Origin: Deltaproteobacteria bacterium
Lineage (GTDB): Bacteria > Desulfobacterota > Deferrisomatia > Deferrisomatales > BM512
Assembly: GCA_030591565.1 (NCBI GenBank)
Contig: JAUVAU010000001.1
Span: 30,572-94,571 of the forward strand
DNA: 64,000 nt
Direction of reading: 5' to 3'
Shown here: one piece after another, positions 19,468-31,223 of the stretch
How positions within the stretch are numbered: position 1 is the stretch's first letter
Layout: every line of letters starts with the position of its first letter
Program-made: the position numbers and the translations under genes
Notes under the pieces: model-generated
What the model was told of the DNA's origin: nothing
The model's input: only the letters and a program-made list of their open reading frames with translations
The model's database searches: none

Positions 19468-20622
19468 TTAGCCCAATTCGTCCACGACCGGTCCGGACAT
19501 CTTGTCCAGGGTCATCTTCATCAGCGCCTGGTTCCCGTCGGCTGCCAGGATGCCGATGAAATGGGTGTGGGTTTTGGCTTTAACGCCGGAGCAGTGCATG
19601 CAGACCACCCCTTTGGGGGTAGCGATCACCGTGTCATGACAGGCCTCCAGCCCAATCTTCTCGCAGGCGGCGTGGGCCCCGCGGAAGATGTCATTGAAGG
19701 TGGCGCCCACCATGTTGAGGTCGATTTTGTCGTCGGTCGAGTCGGCTGCCAGGATTTCGCCGGTAAAGCTCATGATGGCGGAGGCTTTGTAACCGTTGAT
19801 CGAACGAAGCTCTTCTAGATGTTTTTCCAGTGCCATGGTTCTCTCCTTTGAAGGGTGGGGAAGTGCCTCTTCCCCAGTTGGTGTGTTGGAGCCGGATGCC
19901 GATTCATTGGCAGGTCCGTCCCCTTTTTGGTCTTCTAACTCTTCTTTTTGGGCTTCTACTAAACCTTGTTCATCAATCACCCGGCACGCTTCGAGTAGGA
20001 CGAAGCTCAAGGGGTGGGTAATGTTTCGCTTGATCTTCTTGACCCTGTTGATTTGCAGCTTGCATTGCTGCCATTGCAGCATGTCGACGGCGGCATCCAT
20101 CCCCTCTTTTTCGCCGGTATTGACGGCCCAAAGCATGCCGCCCCGGAAGTGGAACCACCCCTTGCCCCCGTCCGCGCGGACCTGGACGGCGCAACTTTTA
20201 CCCTCCATTTCCAACAGTTGAAGAAACGAGGGCAGGGATATGCCGTCCAGGTAGTTATCGGACTTATCCAGCTCCTCGTTGATTATCTTCATCAATGTTG
20301 AAAAATCGATCGGCTTGGGTAAAAAGCGGATGCCTTCCGTATGCAGGTTTGTTTCCGCTGCGCTGTCCAAAAAAGCGCTCATCGCCACCACCGACATAGA
20401 GGGAAAATGGACACTGATCCATGCCATCAGTTCAAAACCGTCCATTTTGGGCATTTTCAAATCGGTGACGACCAGATCTATTTCATTTTTCTTGAGCACC
20501 TTGACGGCTTCCCTGCCGTTCAGCGCCGTCAGAACAGAAAATTTCTGTTTAGACGTCTGTATGCGATCCAGCAAGGTGTTCAAAAAATCTTCTTCATCAT
20601 CCACGATCAAAATGCGCGCCAT
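19468..20622 (-). CDS. response regulator with REC, PATAN (DUF4388) and C-terminal Roadblock/LC7-like domains
   Basis: REC (ILIVDDEEDF...DLVVTDLKMPKMDG...KP). PATAN-like LPSFLQLLEMEGKSCAVQV...GWFHFRGGMLWAV. C-terminal 110 aa are Roadblock-like (INGYKASAIMSFTGEILAADS...). Confidence 0.7.
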   Translation of the reverse strand: MARILIVDDEEDFLNTLLDRIQTSKQKFSVLTALNGREAVKVLKKNEIDLVVTDLKMPKMDGFELMAWISVHFPSMSVVAMSAFLDSAAETNLHTEGIRFLPKPIDFSTLMKIINEELDKSDNYLDGISLPSFLQLLEMEGKSCAVQVRADGGKGWFHFRGGMLWAVNTGEKEGMDAAVDMLQWQQCKLQINRVKKIKRNITHPLSFVLLEACRVIDEQGLVEAQKEELEDQKGDGPANESASGSNTPTGEEALPHPSKERTMALEKHLEELRSINGYKASAIMSFTGEILAADSTDDKIDLNMVGATFNDIFRGAHAACEKIGLEACHDTVIATPKGVVCMHCSGVKAKTHTHFIGILAADGNQALMKMTLDKMSGPVVDELG

Positions 20623-20657
20623 CGTTTTCTCCCGTTTTAGGCTCCCGCAATTGGTAT

Positions 20658-20673
20658 AGCAACTGCCGTGCCA
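20658..20673 (-). promoter_or_regulatory. sigma-54 (-24/-12) promoter of the REC-PATAN-Roadblock gene
   Basis: Minus strand reads TGGCACGGCAGTTGCT, a full match to TGGCACG-N4-TTGCW. It lies 36-51 nt upstream of ATG 20622, and GGGAG lies just upstream of that ATG. Confidence 0.75.
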
Positions 20674-20777
20674 ACCGCCTGCAACTAGAGAGATCGTGTT
20701 AATTACAGCAATATTTACAGCTGGTTAGCATGATAATTAAATTATGCAGCAACATAAAACCCAGGGAGGGCGCATGG

Positions 20778-20824
20778 TTCAAAATGATCGATTAGTTCAT
20801 TTTGATAGATCAAAATGAACTAAT
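20778..20824. promoter_or_regulatory. candidate enhancer (UAS) for a sigma-54 activator: AT-rich perfect palindrome plus a third half-site
   Basis: ATTAGTTCATTTTGAT-AG-ATCAAAATGAACTAAT (20791-20824; 16-bp perfect arms), preceded by a direct half-site TTCAAAATGATC (20778-20789). It sits about 120-165 bp upstream of the sigma-54 promoter with AT-rich DNA between. Confidence 0.5.
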
Positions 20825-20904
20825 AGGCCCCACGCGGAGGGGGTGTTTGCAGCGCATAAAACACGGTAGGATGAAAAATGTTCGTTTTCTGAGGATGTTG
20901 CGAC

Positions 20905-20990
20905 ACCATTCTGCACCATCGCTTGCGTCGCGCCCTCCTTGGTCGTATTCGAGGATATTGCCCAGCGGTGATCGTGTGCCCCCGCACTCG
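20905..20990 (+). repeat. intergenic repeat family A, partial copy A3
   Basis: CTGCACCATCGCTTGCGTCGCGCCCTCCTTGGTCGTATTCGAGGATATTGCCCA is roughly 80% identical by eye to 26125-26180. Same orientation. Confidence 0.75.
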
Positions 20991-21011
20991 TAAACCAATA
21001 GCCCACCAAGG

Positions 21012-21039
21012 TTGACAAGCATTCCTCCCACCCTATAAA
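21012..21039 (+). promoter_or_regulatory. sigma-70-type promoter candidate for the biotin operon
   Basis: TTGACA (21012-21017), 16-nt spacer, TATAAA (21034-21039). About 100 nt upstream of the bioB GTG. Confidence 0.5.
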
Positions 21040-21137
21040 CTCCGCCCTGTCAACCACATCCTCAGATCGCAAAAAATTCATGGTCGCCTGGAACCCCCCG
21101 AGGGTGCCCGCCGACCATCTTCCATTCCGAGGTAATC

Positions 21138-22135
21138 GTGAGAGACTGGATCGAATCGCTTGAAGAACGGGTCATCAACGGCGGAGAGGTAAAGGAGGAA
21201 GAGGCCCTTCGACTGATAAACATCAATGGGCCGCACCTTTTCGACCTCTTCGCTTCCGCCAACAGGGTGGCGCGCCATTATAAGGGTTACGAGGTGGAGC
21301 TCTGCGGCATTATCAACGCAAAGAGTGGCCGCTGCGCTGAAGATTGCGCTTTCTGTGCCCAGTCGGGTCATCACAAAACCGACGCCCCCGTCTACGACCT
21401 CTGCCGCACCGACGAGATCGTCTGCGCCTCGCGGGATGCCGCCGGGATCAGCGCCAACCGCTTTGGTATTGTCACAAGCGGGACGGCCATCAACGAAGGC
21501 GCTGAATTGAATCGTCTCTGCGAGGCTATCGGCGAGATCGCGGCAGAGAACAAGGTGAGCCCCTGCGCGAGTCTGGGAATACTCTCAGCCGAGGCGCTGG
21601 GTAAACTCTGGGACGCGGGCCTCAGGGGTTACCACCACAACCTGGAGACAGCGCGCAGCTTCTTCCCCCAGGTATGCACCACCCACGACTATGACGACGA
21701 CGTGGCGACGGTGGCTGCGGCCCAGAAGCTTGGGTTCATGACCTGCTCCGGCGGCATCTTCGGCATCGGCGAGAGCCGCGCACAGCGCGTCGAGATGGCG
21801 CTGACCCTTCGCGAACTGAAGGTGGAGAGCGTGCCGGTAAATTACCTGGTGCCCGTGGCTGGAACCAGGCTGGGGGAGATGCTCCCGCTGCCGCCCATGG
21901 AGTGTCTCCAGATACTGGCCGTCTACCGCTTCCTCCTACCCAGCGCCACCATAAAAGTATGCGCAGGCAGGGACCGCAACCTGGGGGACCTCGCCAGTTG
22001 GATCTTCTACGCCGGGGCCAACGGCATGATGGTCGGCCACTACCTCACAACCGCCGGGAGGGACCCCGAGAGCGACTTGACCATGGTGCGTGACCTGGGT
22101 TTTCGCCCCGTGGCGGAGGGGACCGGAGAGCTGCT

Positions 22136-22139
<4 letters not shown>
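21138..22139 (+). CDS. bioB: biotin synthase
   Basis: 333 aa. Radical-SAM CAEDCAFC motif. GTG start preceded by GAGG. Confidence 0.9.
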
Positions 22140-24638
<2,499 letters not shown>

Positions 24639-24640
24639 CT

Positions 24641-25954
24641 ATGGACGACCGGCTCTTTTCTTCTATTGACGAGTTGCTCGACTACGACAAAGCGCACGTC
24701 TGGCACCCCTACGCTTCGATGCCCAATGACAACCTCGTCTTCCCGGTCGCCTCGGCCAGGGGAACGAAGCTCACCCTTTGCGACGGGCGGGAGCTGGTGG
24801 ACGGCATGTCCTCCTGGTGGGCGGCTATCCACGGCTACAACCACCCGGTCCTCAACCGCGCGGTGCGCGACCAACTTGAGAAAATGTCCCACGTCATGTT
24901 CGGTGGACTCACCCATGAACCCGCCGTCAGGTTGGCGGAGAAGCTGGTCAGGCTGACGCCTGAACCTCTCCAGAAGGTCTTCTTCTCCGATTCAGGCTCA
25001 GTCGCGGTGGAGGTCGCCATAAAGATGGCGATCCAGTACTGGTTCTCCAGGGGCGACACCCGCAAGCAGAAGCTCCTGGCCGTCCAGTCCGGCTACCACG
25101 GCGACACCTTCGGAGCCATGAGCGTCTGCGACCCTGTGGCGGGGATGCACCGGATATTCTCCGGCCTGCTTCCCGAACATCACTTTGCGAAAGCGCCCCC
25201 CGGAGGCTATGACCGGCCCCTGGAAGAGGAAGACCTTGAGAGCTTTCGCTCCCTCATGGAAGCCCACAGCCACGAGATCGCCGCCGTCATCATCGAACCC
25301 ATCGTGCAGGGCGCGGGCGGCATGCGTTTTTACTCACCCGAGTACCTGCAACGGGTCCGCGAGCTATGCGACCGGTACGATGTGCTGCTGATATTTGACG
25401 AGATCGCCACCGGCTTTGGCCGCACCGGCAAGCTCTTCGCCTGCGAACACGCGGGAGTGGTACCCGACATAATGTGTCTGGGAAAGGCGCTTACTGGCGG
25501 TTATATCTCGCTCGCCGCCACCCTTGCCACCGAGAGGGTCAGCGACTCCATCGCGAGGGGCGAACACCCGGTCCTCATGCACGGTCCCACCTTCATGGCA
25601 AACCCCCTCGCCTGCGCCGTAGCCCTGGCGAGCATAGACCTTCTGCTAAAGAGCGACTGGGAAGAAAAGGTGGCTCGCATCGAAGATGAGCTGAGGCGCG
25701 GCTTGGCCCCGGCGCGCTCGCTCCCCACTGTCGCCGACGTGCGGGTGCTCGGCGCAATTGGAGTAATAGAGTTAAAGCGCCCGGTGGCGATGAACCCCAT
25801 AACCGCCGACCTGGTGAAGCGGGGAGTTTGGCTGCGCCCCTTTGGCCGGCTCGTCTACACCATGCCACCGTTCATTGCGGAAACGGACGAAGTGGAGCTG
25901 ATAGCGACCGCGATGGTGGAGGTTGTTGCTGTGGATGTGAATTTTTTGAAGTAG
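24641..25954 (+). CDS. bioA: adenosylmethionine-8-amino-7-oxononanoate aminotransferase
   Basis: Real start ATG 24641 ([27 protein letters not shown]). The track ORF begins upstream at 24476. Motifs: [33 protein letters not shown]. Confidence 0.9.
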   Translation: MDDRLFSSIDELLDYDKAHVWHPYASMPNDNLVFPVASARGTKLTLCDGRELVDGMSSWWAAIHGYNHPVLNRAVRDQLEKMSHVMFGGLTHEPAVRLAEKLVRLTPEPLQKVFFSDSGSVAVEVAIKMAIQYWFSRGDTRKQKLLAVQSGYHGDTFGAMSVCDPVAGMHRIFSGLLPEHHFAKAPPGGYDRPLEEEDLESFRSLMEAHSHEIAAVIIEPIVQGAGGMRFYSPEYLQRVRELCDRYDVLLIFDEIATGFGRTGKLFACEHAGVVPDIMCLGKALTGGYISLAATLATERVSDSIARGEHPVLMHGPTFMANPLACAVALASIDLLLKSDWEEKVARIEDELRRGLAPARSLPTVADVRVLGAIGVIELKRPVAMNPITADLVKRGVWLRPFGRLVYTMPPFIAETDEVELIATAMVEVVAVDVNFLK

Positions 25955-25989
25955 GAACCGGCCTCCTTGACCGGCTTCGCCCTTTCCCA

Positions 25990-26233
25990 CCGGGACTGCG
26001 TCGTCGAGACGGCTCACTCGCTTGCCGTATTATTCATACTGTCTGCTCTCGTTCGCCGCTCTGTGCTCCTTGCCCGACGATAAAGGTCAAAGCCGGTGAT
26101 GGTGATATGTGCTGGAAGAATTGCTCTGCGTCGTCGCTTGCGCCGCTCCCTCCTTGGTCGTATTCAAGGATACTGCCCATCGTCGGTCGCACCACGTCTC
26201 CTCGCGGAGCGAAAAAAGCAAAGGCCGGTGGTG
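25990..26233 (+). repeat. intergenic repeat family A, copy A2 (two roughly 110-bp related units in tandem)
   Basis: Both units begin CTGCGTCGTCG. They end (C)AAAGCCGGTGATGGTG and AAAGGCCGGTGGTG. Unit 1 matches 9788-9875. Unit 2 matches 9920-9956 and 20911-20970. Confidence 0.85.
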
Positions 26234-26321
26234 TTACTTAATTATTTTAACAGGGGATAAAAAGCGTAAGCTTTTAAGGTAGATAATTTTCAGACAATCT
26301 AACAAGTTGAGGCAATGTAGG

Positions 26322-26389
26322 TTGACTTTCCGCCTGGATTGTATATATTGATACAAGAATTTGTATGAAATAACGCAATATATTGTATG
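26322..26389 (+). promoter_or_regulatory. promoter and operator-like TTGTAT repeats of the AT-rich two-gene island
   Basis: TTGACT (26322-26327), 16 nt, TATATT (26344-26349). Inverted repeat TTGTAT-N6-ATACAA (26339-26356) overlaps the -10. Two more direct TTGTAT copies at 26361 and 26383. Confidence 0.5.
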
Positions 26390-26400
26390 GATATACACAA

Positions 26401-26985
26401 ATGGACTACAGGCTAAACAAAGATGATTTGATGGAGGCGTTGAAGGGGTGGAACAGCTTTCTGGGAAAGAAGATCCACCTAATCGCCTGCGGTGGTACGG
26501 CAATGACCATGTTGGGTGTCAAACCATCCACCAAAGATGTGGACTTCATGGTGCCCAATGTTGGCGAGTATAAATACCTCATAAAGAAACTGAGGTCTCT
26601 GGGCTACAAATCTGTATCCGGTAACGGGTGGCAACGAAAGGGAGAGGATTATCAATTCGATCTTTTTCGGGGTAACAGGATTCATACGACGGAACTGTTT
26701 GAATCGCCATTGGGGGAGGGCAGGCACGAGCCGCTTTTTGAGTTGTCACGGCTCTACATCGGTGTCTTGAATGACTACGACCTCATATCCAGTAAATTGA
26801 TGAGAGGCGACCGGGTAGATTTTGAAGATTGCCTCAAGCTTTTTGAAGCTCACCTCGAAACTATTGACCTGAATCGACTCATCGAGCATTTCAGGGAGCT
26901 CGTTAGCTACGATATTGCGGTAGATAGACTCGCCAAGAATATCGAAATCTTTGTCGAGATGCTGAAAGAAAGAGGTTTGGCATGA
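26401..26985 (+). CDS. nucleotidyltransferase-fold protein (MNT/DUF6036-like)
   Basis: Signature hG[GS]-x13-DhD: IACGG-TAMTMLGVKPSTK-DVDFMV. About 195 aa with a helical C-terminal half. Start ambiguous (ATG 26383 or 26401), with no obvious SD. AT-rich codon usage unlike the neighbours. Confidence 0.6.
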   Translation: MDYRLNKDDLMEALKGWNSFLGKKIHLIACGGTAMTMLGVKPSTKDVDFMVPNVGEYKYLIKKLRSLGYKSVSGNGWQRKGEDYQFDLFRGNRIHTTELFESPLGEGRHEPLFELSRLYIGVLNDYDLISSKLMRGDRVDFEDCLKLFEAHLETIDLNRLIEHFRELVSYDIAVDRLAKNIEIFVEMLKERGLA

Positions 26986-27653
26986 AAGAGCAAGACTTAA
27001 TGGATAATCTCTCGAAACTCGGTCTCACGTTTCTGATGCCTAGCGAAGAGGTTGATGTGAACGAAACTCTGGCTGAAGTAGTCAAGAGCGACGATATGAG
27101 ACTGTGGGAGGGCTTCCCAGTTCTTTTGGCTAACGCTGTCAAGCATAGTGCTTTTTCCATGACTGAGGTTGAATCCGAGCTAAGCATGAAGCAGAGGGAG
27201 TTTTTCCGCGACCTTTTGCTTATGTCGCTGTCCGTATACGCATTTGCCAACCAAGAGTTTTCCTGGTCGAGGAGTTACAAGCAAAAGCTGTCCAGCGATG
27301 ATGGGGAGAGGGTTAAGCAATGGCGAAACTACCTGGCACACGGCCAGCCACTCTCTTTGTCAGGCAGGAAGTTTAGCAGTAGCCGCCTTTTGAAGAACTT
27401 CCGTCTATATGCCTCAGAAGCTGTCAAAAAGGCGAAAAGGAGCAAAGAGCGGCACACAGAACTGTCGCTTGATTACGCTCAATCTCAGCTTTTTACTCCG
27501 AGGCAGAAAGAGATACTGAACAAAAAGCTTGATGGCCTGCGGATGACGAAAACGGAACAAGAGTACTATTCTCGGTCAATCAAAAAAAAAGTAGTTGCAC
27601 TGGCCAACGAGGAGCTTCACGCAATAGCGAAAAGGCTCTTGGAGCAAAGGTAG
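26982..27653 (+). CDS. hypothetical protein with HEPN-like RNxxAH motif and C-terminal HTH-like basic region
   Basis: 223 aa. ATGA overlap with the upstream NTase-fold gene. WRNYLAHG at residues 114-121 (R-x4-H). C-terminus LFTPRQKEILNKKLDGLRMTKTEQEYYSRSIKKKV. Confidence 0.5.
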   Translation: MKEQDLMDNLSKLGLTFLMPSEEVDVNETLAEVVKSDDMRLWEGFPVLLANAVKHSAFSMTEVESELSMKQREFFRDLLLMSLSVYAFANQEFSWSRSYKQKLSSDDGERVKQWRNYLAHGQPLSLSGRKFSSSRLLKNFRLYASEAVKKAKRSKERHTELSLDYAQSQLFTPRQKEILNKKLDGLRMTKTEQEYYSRSIKKKVVALANEELHAIAKRLLEQR

Positions 27654-27860
27654 CTGTGCAGGATTCCGCTTTTGGTGGCTCCAGACCTGCTCTTGGTGAT
27701 GTCCGTGCCACCCGCCCCGGTGCACATACGAGATATATTCTACTATTCTGTACGAGAATATGTCCAGAGAGTAGCGTGTATCGTAGGTTTTAACCCGGCA
27801 AGCGACCTGCCCCACACTAAACCACACAAACACCGTACAATATAAAAACATTAAACACTA

Positions 27861-27888
27861 TTGACATGCTTGTAATTGTGTATATATT
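27861..27888 (+). promoter_or_regulatory. sigma-70-type promoter candidate for cysK
   Basis: TTGACA (27861-27866), 16 nt, TATATT (27883-27888). About 45 nt upstream of ATG 27932, which has an AGGAGG RBS. Confidence 0.5.
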
Positions 27889-27931
27889 CCTGATAAGCAA
27901 ATGAGACAACAATTGTCAGGAGGATTATAAG

Positions 27932-28888
27932 ATGAAATGGTTTGAAGATAGTGCGCGTTCGATAGGCAACACACCGCTTGTAAAGCTCAATAAGGTAGTC
28001 GCCCCCGGTGGAGCTACGGTGCTGGCGAAGATTGAGGGCAGGAACCCCGCTTTTTCCGTCAAGGACAGGATCGGCGCTTCAATGATCCGGGCTGCCGAGG
28101 AAGATGGTTCGTTAAAGCCCGGTATGACTATAGTCGAGCCGACCAGCGGCAATACCGGTATTGCGCTCGCCCATGTGGCGGCGGCGCGCGGCTATAAAAT
28201 TGTTTTCACCATGCCCGATACGATGAGCGTGGAGCGCAGGAAGGTTCTCGCCTATCTTGGGGCCGAGCTTGTGCTTACTCCCGGAGCTGGCGGGATGAAG
28301 GGCGCGATCGAGAAGGCAGCTGAGATAGTTGCCTCCGATACTTCCAAATATTTCATGCCCCAGCAGTTCAGGAACCCGGCCAATCCCGATATTCACCGCC
28401 TCACCACCGGGCCTGAAATTTGGGAAGGCACCGAGGGCGAGGTCGATCTGCTGGTCTCAGGCGTTGGCACCGGCGGGACGATCTCCGGTGTTTCAAAGTT
28501 CATCAAGGAGGATAAGGGCAAGAATATTCTCTCGGTGGCGGTGGAGCCCGAGGAGAGTCCGGTCATGACCCAGACGCTGGCGGGTGACCCGATCCAGCCT
28601 GGACCCCACAAGATTCAGGGGATCGGCGCAGGGTTCATTCCCGATACGCTGGACCTCTCGGTCGTGGACCGCGTGGAGCAGGTGAATAGTGGTGATGCTC
28701 TGGCTTTTGCGAGGAGGCTTGCAACGGAAGAGGGACTGCTGGTTGGAATTTCCAGTGGCGCAGCGGGTGCCGTGGCGGCTAAGCTAGCGGAAGAGGAGCA
28801 GTTCAGGGGCAAGACTATCGTGGTCGTCTTCCCGGACCTGGCCGAGCGCTACATTTCGACTCCGCTTTTCGAGGGGATCGAGGTCTAA
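27932..28888 (+). CDS. cysK: cysteine synthase A (O-acetylserine sulfhydrylase)
   Basis: 318 aa. [11 protein letters not shown] (PLP lysine), [22 protein letters not shown]. Confidence 0.9.
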   Translation: MKWFEDSARSIGNTPLVKLNKVVAPGGATVLAKIEGRNPAFSVKDRIGASMIRAAEEDGSLKPGMTIVEPTSGNTGIALAHVAAARGYKIVFTMPDTMSVERRKVLAYLGAELVLTPGAGGMKGAIEKAAEIVASDTSKYFMPQQFRNPANPDIHRLTTGPEIWEGTEGEVDLLVSGVGTGGTISGVSKFIKEDKGKNILSVAVEPEESPVMTQTLAGDPIQPGPHKIQGIGAGFIPDTLDLSVVDRVEQVNSGDALAFARRLATEEGLLVGISSGAAGAVAAKLAEEEQFRGKTIVVVFPDLAERYISTPLFEGIEV

Positions 28889-28924
28889 GCTGGCGTTACT
28901 GATGTAAACCGAGAGGACAAGGTT

Positions 28925-30061
28925 TTGGACATAAAGACACTGCTGGCCCAGGCGGGCAGCCGATCGGACGAGAAAACAGGAGCGCTGTCGACGCCGATAT
29001 ATCAGACGGCGACCTTTCGACACCCTGCGCTGGGCGAGTCCACCGGGTATGACTACTCGCGTAGCTCAAACCCCACGCGGGCCGCGTTGGAAGAGACCCT
29101 CGCCGCGCTTGACGGCGGTGTGGCGGGCTTCGCCTTTGCCTCGGGCATGGCTGCCATCGCCGCTGTTTTTCAGCTCTTTGGCCCCAATGAGCGCGTCATT
29201 GTGACCGAGGATCTCTACGGCGGGACCTTCCGGCTGCTTGAAAAGGTCTTTACCGCAAGGGGGTTGGAGGTCACCTACGTCGACACCTCTTCCTTTGAGG
29301 AGGTGGAGAAAGTCTGGACACCCGACGTCAAGGGGGTGTTCATCGAGATACCCACAAACCCGATGCTCAAGGTGGCCGCGCTACCCCGGATCGCCAAATT
29401 GGCGAAGGAGTCGGGGGCGCTGACGGTTGTGGACAACACCTTTTTGACTCCGGTGCTGTTGCAGCCCCTGGAGCATGGCGCGGATATCGTCGTCTACAGC
29501 GCGAGCAAATACCTCTCGGGCCACAATGATGTGGTTGCAGGTGCGGCGGTGGCGGGCAGCGACGAGCTGGCCGAACGGATTTATTTCTACCAGAACACTA
29601 TCGGCGCGGTGCTGGGGCCCCAGGACTCCTGGCTTGTCCTAAGGGGGTTGAAGACCCTGGCCCTGCGGGTGGAGCGCCAACAGGAAAATGCCCTGGCGGT
29701 CGCCAAATTTCTTGAAAGTCATCCCGCGGTCTCCCGCGTTTACTACCCGGGCCTCCCGGACCACCCGGGCCACGAGCGGCTGCGAGAGTTGTCGACCGGG
29801 TTTGGGGGCATGGTTTCTTTTGAGTTAAAAGACACTGCCCTCGTCCCCCATATCCTTTCCACGATAAAAATATTTCACTTCGCCGAGTCCCTTGGCGGTG
29901 TTGAGTCCCTATTGACCTTCCCGGCAGAGCAGACACATGCCGACATGCCGACCGAGCTTAGAAGCCGTCTGGGCATAACCGACGCGCTGCTGCGGTTGTC
30001 GGTGGGTATAGAGAGCAGTGACGATCTCATTGACGATCTGAGCAAAGCACTTAATGGCTGA
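28925..30061 (+). CDS. Cys/Met-metabolism PLP enzyme (cystathionine gamma-synthase/gamma-lyase family)
   Basis: 378 aa. YSRSSNPTR, DNTFLTP, YSASKYLSGHND (PLP lysine). TTG start with GAGAGGA upstream. MetB versus MccB versus MetC cannot be resolved by eye. Confidence 0.8.
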   Translation: MDIKTLLAQAGSRSDEKTGALSTPIYQTATFRHPALGESTGYDYSRSSNPTRAALEETLAALDGGVAGFAFASGMAAIAAVFQLFGPNERVIVTEDLYGGTFRLLEKVFTARGLEVTYVDTSSFEEVEKVWTPDVKGVFIEIPTNPMLKVAALPRIAKLAKESGALTVVDNTFLTPVLLQPLEHGADIVVYSASKYLSGHNDVVAGAAVAGSDELAERIYFYQNTIGAVLGPQDSWLVLRGLKTLALRVERQQENALAVAKFLESHPAVSRVYYPGLPDHPGHERLRELSTGFGGMVSFELKDTALVPHILSTIKIFHFAESLGGVESLLTFPAEQTHADMPTELRSRLGITDALLRLSVGIESSDDLIDDLSKALNG

Positions 30062-30077
30062 GAGGTAGCCGACAAAG

Positions 30078-31223
30078 ATGGATGAAAAAACCAAACTCCT
30101 GCACGCCGGACCCGACAGGGACCCCCACACCGGGGCGTCGAGCATCCCCATACATCAGGTCTCCACCTACCATCAGGAAGACCCGGTGAAGCTGGGCAAA
30201 TATGACTATGGGCGCGGCGACAACCCCACCCGGTATGCACTGGAGGAATTCGTCGCCAACATGGAGGGCGGCTCCGCCGGCTTTGCCTTTGCCTCTGGTG
30301 TGGCGGCTATCGGGTCGGTGCTGCTCCTTTTTCAGCCAGGCGACCATATCATCGTCACCGAGGATGTGTATGGGGGCACCTACCGGCTGCTCACCAAACT
30401 TTTTGCCCGCTGGGGGCTGGAGGTCACCTTCGTGGATATGGCGGACCCCGACAAGGTAGCCGACGCCATAACCGAGAGCACCAAAGCGGTCTTCGTGGAG
30501 ACGCCGTCGAACCCGATCCTGAAGATCATTGACCTTGAGCGAATTGGTCGCCTCGCGAAGGATAAAGGGCTGGTCTCGATAATCGACAACACCTTCATGA
30601 CCCCCTATCTGCAAAAACCGCTGGCCTTCGGTTTCGACATCGTCATCCACAGCGCCACGAAATTCCTTGGCGGCCACAGCGACCTGATTGCCGGGGTGGT
30701 CGTCGTCGAAGATGAGAAACTGGCGCGCAAGCTGAAATCCATGCAGAACATGTTTGGTGCCATCCTCGGTCCCCAGGACTCCTGGCTGGTGCTTCGCGGC
30801 ATCAAGACCCTCTCGGCGAGGATGGAGGCGCAGCAAAAGAGCGCCGCCGAGCTGGCCGATTGGCTTTCCCTCCAGCCCCAGATAGAGAAGGTCTATTACC
30901 CCACGCTCAAGGGGCACCCGGGCAGGGAGATACATCTTCGACAATCATCCGGCGGCGGGGCAGTGGTCTCTTTCGAGCTGGTCGATGGGGAAGCAGCCCA
31001 AGGTTTTTTAAAGGCCGTCAAACTGCCGCTGGTCGCGGTGAGCCTGGGCGGCGTGGAGTCGATCCTCTCCTACCCGGCCACTATGTCACATGCAGCCATG
31101 ACGCGTGAAGAGCGGCTGGCCCGTGGCATAACCGATGGGCTAGTGCGCCTTTCGGTGGGGCTGGAGGGCGTGGACGACCTGAGAGAAGACCTGCGACAGG
31201 CGCTCTGTTTGACGGACTCCTGA
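30078..31223 (+). CDS. Cys/Met-metabolism PLP enzyme paralog (cystathionine beta-lyase/gamma-synthase family)
   Basis: 381 aa. YGRGDNPTR, DNTFMTP, HSATKFLGGHSD. A paralog of the preceding gene. Confidence 0.8.
   Translation: MDEKTKLLHAGPDRDPHTGASSIPIHQVSTYHQEDPVKLGKYDYGRGDNPTRYALEEFVANMEGGSAGFAFASGVAAIGSVLLLFQPGDHIIVTEDVYGGTYRLLTKLFARWGLEVTFVDMADPDKVADAITESTKAVFVETPSNPILKIIDLERIGRLAKDKGLVSIIDNTFMTPYLQKPLAFGFDIVIHSATKFLGGHSDLIAGVVVVEDEKLARKLKSMQNMFGAILGPQDSWLVLRGIKTLSARMEAQQKSAAELADWLSLQPQIEKVYYPTLKGHPGREIHLRQSSGGGAVVSFELVDGEAAQGFLKAVKLPLVAVSLGGVESILSYPATMSHAAMTREERLARGITDGLVRLSVGLEGVDDLREDLRQALCLTDS

Noticed and set aside
20652-20666. Plus-strand reading TGGTATAGCAACTGC as a sigma-54 promoter pointing toward bioB.
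   Set aside because: It is merely the complement of part of the much better minus-strand TGGCACGGCAGTTGCT. bioB has its own sigma-70-like promoter 350 bp downstream.
20774-20818. 14-codon ORF (MVQNDRLVHFDRSK) with GGGAGG upstream, overlapping the AT-rich palindrome.
   Set aside because: The sequence is explained by the palindrome and half-site repeats themselves. There is no supporting evidence for translation, so I treated it as a regulatory DNA site.
27654-27860. Minus-strand ORF 27576-27851 and imperfect TACGAGA(T)ATAT direct repeats, considered as a third island gene or an att site.
   Set aside because: The ORF overlaps the end of the upstream gene and has an implausible composition. 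The repeats are short and imperfect. They are noted only as part of the AT-rich island's right border.
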